From NCBI GenBank assembly GCA_965205485.1, contig OZ242180.1, positions 2,816,001 to 2,880,000 on the forward strand: a DNA stretch of 64,000 bases. Direction: 5' to 3'. Position numbers and translations under genes: made by a program. The DNA comes from Candidatus Latescibacterota bacterium (GTDB lineage: Bacteria; Latescibacterota; UBA2968; GCA-2709665). Positions 58,671 to 64,000 of this stretch are shown one piece after another. Positions within the stretch are counted from its first letter, which is position 1; every line of letters starts with the position of its first letter. The notes beneath the pieces were generated by a model, which saw only the letters and a program-made list of their open reading frames with translations, did not search any database and had not been told where the DNA came from.

Positions 58671-60146
58671 ATGCGTTCTCCCATGCAGTTGAAAGGCAAC
58701 CGCCAATTGTTCCTGGATGACGAGGGAGTCGCGGAGGCCTTTCGAGTTTCGCGGCGATATCACTCTCCGGTCAAATACGTGGGGAATCCGCTGTTGGTCG
58801 GCAATCAATACCACGACGCGCGGGAGGGGGTGCGGTACGAGGAGGACCGGGTACCGCCGGAGGGCGGCGTTCCGAAACTCAATCCTGACCTGACGCCCAC
58901 GTCGGTGGTTCGAGGCTCTTCCGGGTTGTTTCAAATGTACTACCAGACGAAGCCCCCGGGAATCAGGGACTTCGGATACGGGGGCGGGACGCCGGTGGTG
59001 GCCTACGCGGAGTCCCATAACGGCGTTCACTGGCGGCTTCCGGCGTTGAATCGGGTTGAGATCAACGGCAGCACGGAAAATAACGTCTTGTTCGAGCCGC
59101 CGGGGAGTTTGCCGAGCGTCGTTTTCGACGATACCGATTCAGACGATGCACGCAGGTACAAGATGCTGTATTACCCCCACAACATCAGCTTTTCGCCCGA
59201 CGGCGTGTCATGGACCAACGTACAAAAAGTGCGCGTACCCAGTCGTATCGGGCATTCCGACGGGCTGAACTGTCTGGCGGGGTGGGACGGGAATATCGGA
59301 CGCTACGTGGCCTATTTTCGCCCGCAGGTCGCCCGACCCGACGAAGCGATCGATCCCGAGGGCCTCTCGATTCGTCTGATCGCCAGAAGCGAGAGTGAGG
59401 ATCTGACCGGGTGGACCGAACTCGAAACGGTACTCGCGCCGGACGGCGACGATCCGGAGGGGACGGAATTCCAGACGATCGGCGTCTTCTTTTACGAAGG
59501 AATGTACGTGGGGTTGCTGTGCGTGCACGAAGGGTTTGCCGAGGAGCGCCCCAAACGGTTTCCCTATCGGCTGCCGCACTGGCCGGCACATTCCGCGATG
59601 CTGGGCCGGTGCTACATCGAACTGGTAACGAGCCGGGACGGGATTCATTGGAACCGGTCGGAGGGTCGCGTGCCGTTTCTGGACAATACTCCAGGGGGAT
59701 TGGACTCAGGAGTGATCTGGCCAACCAACTCGCCGGTGGTTGCGGACGATGAACTCTGGTTTTACTATGGAATGGCCGTGCATGGACACGGGTTGTCCTA
59801 CACGAAACTTCCGGGGCTTGCGCGACTTCGCCGGGACGGGTTCGTGAGTCTGGCTGCAGGGGAACAGGCGGGGTGGGTGTTGACAGAGCCTGTGATCTGT
59901 CCGGGAGGCCGACTCCATGTCAATGCGGATGCAAGAGGCGGCGAGCTCGCGGCTTCCGTAATCGAAGAGGACGGATTCCACACGCCGGAATACGCCGCGG
60001 TCCGGTGCGCCACGCTGGACGGAGACGCGGTCTCCCACCGGCTGACGTGGATTGAGCGGACGGACCTGGATCCGCTGAAGGATAGGGAAATCAGGCTGAA
60101 GTTCTACCTCAGGCGGGCGGAACTCTTTTCGTACTGGTTCGCGTAG
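58671..60146 (+). CDS. five-bladed beta-propeller glycoside hydrolase-like protein (GH32/43/130-like)
   Basis: RQLFLDD, YAESHNGVHW, SPDGVSW, SRDGIHW repeats, LRRDGFVSL, C-terminal beta-sandwich. Confidence 0.7.
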   Translation: MRSPMQLKGNRQLFLDDEGVAEAFRVSRRYHSPVKYVGNPLLVGNQYHDAREGVRYEEDRVPPEGGVPKLNPDLTPTSVVRGSSGLFQMYYQTKPPGIRDFGYGGGTPVVAYAESHNGVHWRLPALNRVEINGSTENNVLFEPPGSLPSVVFDDTDSDDARRYKMLYYPHNISFSPDGVSWTNVQKVRVPSRIGHSDGLNCLAGWDGNIGRYVAYFRPQVARPDEAIDPEGLSIRLIARSESEDLTGWTELETVLAPDGDDPEGTEFQTIGVFFYEGMYVGLLCVHEGFAEERPKRFPYRLPHWPAHSAMLGRCYIELVTSRDGIHWNRSEGRVPFLDNTPGGLDSGVIWPTNSPVVADDELWFYYGMAVHGHGLSYTKLPGLARLRRDGFVSLAAGEQAGWVLTEPVICPGGRLHVNADARGGELAASVIEEDGFHTPEYAAVRCATLDGDAVSHRLTWIERTDLDPLKDREIRLKFYLRRAELFSYWFA

Positions 60147-60462
60147 GCGAATGCATGATTCGGTAACGGTGGAATGGAATTGCAACGGACGTTCGCGGTT
60201 GTTGACAGGGTAACTGACACGACACGGTGCGATTCGGTCGGACAGCATGCCTGGGCTGGCTGATCCGTGTCGAAGACGCGCAGGCCAAATGGCGGTCACG
60301 TTGATCATTGACTGGAATCGCACATAGTGATAAGTTTCTTTCTTGTGTCTAAACCGGGCCCCAGTTGTTTCAGTTTCCGGAGAGCACGATTCACTCGCCT
60401 CGCTGACCGGGCGGGAAAACCCATGCACGCACCCACACCAATTCATAAGGATGGCCTTCACA

Positions 60463-62643
60463 ATGAGGATCCAGAGACGTTTCGATTCCGTCAGCGCCGC
60501 CAAAACCTGGAACAGTAAGCCGGAATCCCGTTCGGGCGACAGGGATCTCCTGCCTGACATCTTCGGCAAAGACACCTTTGGGCTGAGCGAAATGCAGTCG
60601 AGGCTTCCGGAAAACGTATTCAATCAGCTTGTTCGGACGATTCACCACGGGAAGCAACTCGATTCCGATATCGCAGACACCGTGGCCGCGGCGATGAAGG
60701 ACTGGGCGCTCTCGATGGGCGCGACGCACTACACGCACTGGTTCCAGCCGCTCACGGGGCACACGGCCGAAAAGCACGACTCCTTCCTGAAAGTTGGCGC
60801 GGATGCCCGAGCAATCACCGAATTCGGCGGCGAGGAACTGGTACAGGGCGAACCGGACGCGTCGTCGTTCCCCTCGGGTGGCTTACGGGCCACCTTCGAG
60901 GCGCGCGGCTACACGGCCTGGGATCCTACGTCTCCCGCTTTCATCATGGGCGGCGAGTCGGCAACTTACCTTTGCATTCCCACCGCCTTTTCGAGCTGGA
61001 CGGGAGAGAGTCTCGATGCCAAGATCCCACTGCTCCGTTCGATGGACGCACTCGACCGTGTCACGCGACGAGCGCTCAAGCTCTTCGGTATCGACGCCGG
61101 GATGGTAACGGCCAGCCTCGGTCCCGAGCAGGAGTTCTTTCTCGTCGACCGCGAGTTCTACTACCGTAGACCCGACCTCATGACCTCGGGCCGGACGCTC
61201 TTCGGGGCAAAGCCTCCGAGGGGGCAGGAACTCGACGACCACTATTTCGGACAGATCCACGAGCGAGTGCTGGCGTGCATCCAGTCCATCGAGATGGAAC
61301 TGTACCGGCTGGGCGTGCCGATGAAGACTCGCCATAACGAGGTGGCGCCGGGGCAATACGAGATGGCGCCGGTCTACGAGAATGCGAACGTGGCGTCGGA
61401 CCATCAGCAACTGATGATGAGGATCCTCGAGCGAAGCGCGCGCAGTTACGGATTCATCTGCCTCTTGCATGAGAAGCCCTTCGCAGGGATCAACGGCAGC
61501 GGCAAGCACCTGAACTGGTCCTTCGGTACTCCGGACCGTAACCTGATGGATCCTGGTGACACGCCACACGACAACCTGATGTTTCTGTTTTTCTGTACCG
61601 CCGTGATGAGCGCGGTCGAGCAACATCAGGACCTGCTCCTGGCCAGCGTCTCCAGCGCCGGGAACGATCACCGCCTGGGCGCCAATGAAGCCCCGCCGTC
61701 CATCATCTCGGTGTTCCTGGGCAGCCAGCTCGAAGACATCTTCAACCAGCTCGAGAAATCCGGAAAGGCGGAGAAGCGGGAACACGATGGGCTCCTCGGC
61801 TTGGGGGTCAATGTCCTCCCTGACCTTGCGCGCCACTCCGGAGACCGCAACCGCACGTCTCCATTTGCTTTCACCGGGAACAAGTTCGAGTTCCGCGCAG
61901 TCGGCTCGTCCGCGAATATTTCGCTGCCGGCAACCGTCCTCAATACGATCGTGGCGGAGGCGATCGACAATTGGACGGAGCTGCTGGAGCCGATTGTCGA
62001 CGCCGGCACCTCGATCGAGGATGCGCTCTGGACGCTGTTGGCAAACGAGATCCCGTCCTTCAAGCGGATCATTTTCAACGGCGACAATTACGCGACCGAG
62101 TGGGTCGAGGAGGCCGCGCGCCGCGGGCTGTTCAACTCGGGATCGGCGGTCGATGCCCTGGCAGCGCTCGCCTCACCCAAAAACCAGGGGCTCTTCGACA
62201 GGTACGGCGTCTTGACCCCACGCGAACTGGGGGCCAGGCTGGAGGTACTCACCGAGCAGTACTTCATCAAGATCAATATTGAAGGCGAAACAGTCGCGCA
62301 CATGGCCCGCTGCATGATACTGCCCGCCGCGGTCGCCTACCTCGAGCATCTCACGTCGGCGTGGAACGGGACGAAGGAGGCGGGCGGCTCCACAAAGGGT
62401 CTCGAAAGCAACATCGTGCGGGTTTCCGGCCTGATCGATGAATTGAGTAATGCGCTGGACCGGCTAGACACGCAGAACGAAGAACTCGGCGGAGACGAGA
62501 TGTCGTCCAAGGTGGTCCACATGCGAGACAATGTGATCCCGGCGATGAACGCGGTGCGCGAAGTGGCGGACCGGTTGGAGAAAGTGATTCCGGACGATCT
62601 GTGGCCGTTGCCGACGTACCGCGACATGCTGTTCGTAAGGTAG
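60463..62643 (+). CDS. glnA: glutamine synthetase type III
   Basis: GATHYTHWFQPLT, AEKHDSF, GEPDASSFPSGGLRATFEARGYTAWD, HNEVAP.QYE, HEKPFAGINGSGKH, HRLGANEAPP, DRNRTSPFAFTGNKFEFRA. Start may be 60451. Confidence 0.95.
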   Translation: MRIQRRFDSVSAAKTWNSKPESRSGDRDLLPDIFGKDTFGLSEMQSRLPENVFNQLVRTIHHGKQLDSDIADTVAAAMKDWALSMGATHYTHWFQPLTGHTAEKHDSFLKVGADARAITEFGGEELVQGEPDASSFPSGGLRATFEARGYTAWDPTSPAFIMGGESATYLCIPTAFSSWTGESLDAKIPLLRSMDALDRVTRRALKLFGIDAGMVTASLGPEQEFFLVDREFYYRRPDLMTSGRTLFGAKPPRGQELDDHYFGQIHERVLACIQSIEMELYRLGVPMKTRHNEVAPGQYEMAPVYENANVASDHQQLMMRILERSARSYGFICLLHEKPFAGINGSGKHLNWSFGTPDRNLMDPGDTPHDNLMFLFFCTAVMSAVEQHQDLLLASVSSAGNDHRLGANEAPPSIISVFLGSQLEDIFNQLEKSGKAEKREHDGLLGLGVNVLPDLARHSGDRNRTSPFAFTGNKFEFRAVGSSANISLPATVLNTIVAEAIDNWTELLEPIVDAGTSIEDALWTLLANEIPSFKRIIFNGDNYATEWVEEAARRGLFNSGSAVDALAALASPKNQGLFDRYGVLTPRELGARLEVLTEQYFIKINIEGETVAHMARCMILPAAVAYLEHLTSAWNGTKEAGGSTKGLESNIVRVSGLIDELSNALDRLDTQNEELGGDEMSSKVVHMRDNVIPAMNAVREVADRLEKVIPDDLWPLPTYRDMLFVR

Positions 62644-62822
62644 GCCTCGTGTGAACGCGGGCTAAAGCGCAGATTTGGTATCGAGCCCTTTACCGCGACG
62701 GCTTCATGGATCCGGGTTCGAGTGCGGCTCTCTGCGTACCGGCTACAAACGCCGGCAGCGAAGCGGAATCTGCTGTGCCTGCGGCCTGCCCGTCAGCAAA
62801 CCCTGGCTTGCGAAAATTCAAC

Positions 62823-62851
62823 TTGACATTGAATCGGCGCGACCCTAAGAT
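62823..62851 (+). promoter_or_regulatory. sigma70 promoter
   Basis: TTGACA-N17-TAAGAT. Confidence 0.7.
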
Positions 62852-63045
62852 TAGACGTTTTGTTCTTTGACAGAACCGTACATATTGAATCCACTCCACG
62901 TAGCTGATCGGTGTCGTGGATATTGCAGGCCCAACCCGTTGACCTCCCCCAGGGATTTTCCCCGGCATCCATTTCGAAAGAAATGTCAACTTCCGGTGTG
63001 ATCCGTCAAGGAAACCACCTAATATCGAATGGAGGAATGAAGAAC

Positions 63046-63771
63046 ATGCCAACTCGCGCGCTCGTTCTCGTCATTACGCTTTGTCTGCTTGCCAGTCCGG
63101 CATTCGCCCAGATCGGGAATGTTTCCGTTGAGGGGGGCGTGGATCTCGTCTCCCATTATGTCTTTCGCGGCGTCGGCTTCACGAACAAGCCCACCGCGCA
63201 GCCTTCGCTCACCGTCGGTATCGGGGAATCCGGTTTTTCGTTCAATGTCTGGGGTTCCGCGTCATTAAAGCAAAGAAGCATTCAGGATGCGGGCGATGAA
63301 CTCGACTTCACGGTTACATACGACCGCAATCTGGGAGAACAGTATGAAAACGTGGGGCTGTCCTTCGGGATGATTCAATACACGTTTCCAAGCCTGGAGA
63401 AGGGCGAGAGACTCACCACCGAGTTTTTCGCAGGCCTGAGCCTGGATGCACCGGCCTCCCCGTCGGTTACGCTCTATCGCGACCTGGGCCAGTTCGATTA
63501 CTGGTATATCAACGCCAATATCGGTCATGAAATCGGACTGACTCCGGAGGGCAATGTTACGCTCGGGTTCGCCGCAGACATTGCATACAGCGACACGACC
63601 GACAAATTCGAATTCAACCATGTCGGTGCTTCCGTTTCGGTGGGTGTCAGCCATAGCTACTTCTCGTTGTCGCCCACCATCGGTGTCATTCGCAGGATCG
63701 AAGACATCGTTGAAGACGGAGGCGAGCCGACCCGGGTCTGGGGCGGCGTCAGCCTCGGTTTCGCACTCTAG
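63046..63771 (+). CDS. TorF/Gcw_chp-like outer-membrane beta-barrel protein
   Basis: GGAGG RBS; signal peptide (..SPAFA); VSHYVFRG, QP, NVWGS, ELDF, terminal aromatic strand SLGFAL; next to glnA. Confidence 0.75.
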   Translation: MPTRALVLVITLCLLASPAFAQIGNVSVEGGVDLVSHYVFRGVGFTNKPTAQPSLTVGIGESGFSFNVWGSASLKQRSIQDAGDELDFTVTYDRNLGEQYENVGLSFGMIQYTFPSLEKGERLTTEFFAGLSLDAPASPSVTLYRDLGQFDYWYINANIGHEIGLTPEGNVTLGFAADIAYSDTTDKFEFNHVGASVSVGVSHSYFSLSPTIGVIRRIEDIVEDGGEPTRVWGGVSLGFAL

Positions 63772-64000
63772 AAACACAGGGACGGCCTATAAGCAGGATC
63801 AACACTGGCTCAGCGGCCGCGTGAGTTGCGACCGCACACATATCGTAATGTCGGCGTCGGGACGATTTCAATCGTCCCGGTGTCGTTTTGGCCAAACCGC
63901 AAGCGCGACTGAATCGTCTGCGACACGTTCAGGAACACGAGCGACGAACCGGGTTGGGCGTGCGGCGGCGAACTGAACTTGGAAACCGGCGCTATGCGAA

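Noticed and set aside
60169..60184. tggaatggaattgca as a sigma54 promoter for glnA
   Set aside because: GG-to-GC spacing is 9 nt rather than the required 10.

Overview
GC-rich bacterial chromosomal window. The protein families (TPR/GWxTD-like proteins, a FlgD-Ig/T9SS-like C-terminal domain, a dockerin-like tail, a Big_5 lipoprotein, a BatA-domain protein) suggest an FCB-group organism such as Latescibacterota; this is inference. Left to right: (1) 1-7061, a membrane-stress locus with two paralogous PspB-like proteins, a 58-aa membrane protein missed by the ORF track, an ECF sigma, NfeD-like protein plus flotillin, a soluble TPR histidine kinase, and a receiver domain fused to a PspF-like sigma54 activator. 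(2) A MITE-like element, a small metabolic operon, thiI, and LysR divergent from ino1. (3) Secreted or surface proteins, including a lipoprotein with 31 tandem 9-aa xxDG beta-hairpin repeats. (4) aceE-aceF-lpdA directly downstream of a two-gene (split NifJ-type) pyruvate:ferredoxin oxidoreductase. (5) vapBC, a frameshifted ClC-CBS gene, PTS IIA, BatA, topA, xerC. (6) A ~6 kb toxin-antitoxin/defence patch: repeat-flanked hicBA, FRG-TPR, a type ISP R-M remnant, an orphan antitoxin with a toxin remnant, and a PIN-DUF433 fusion plus DUF5615. (7) glnA type III and a TorF-like porin with structured leaders. No rRNA, tRNA, CRISPR array or transposase was recognised. The best candidate for an undescribed system is the kinase-controlled Psp/flotillin locus. 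All family calls come from motif recognition by eye, not from database searches.
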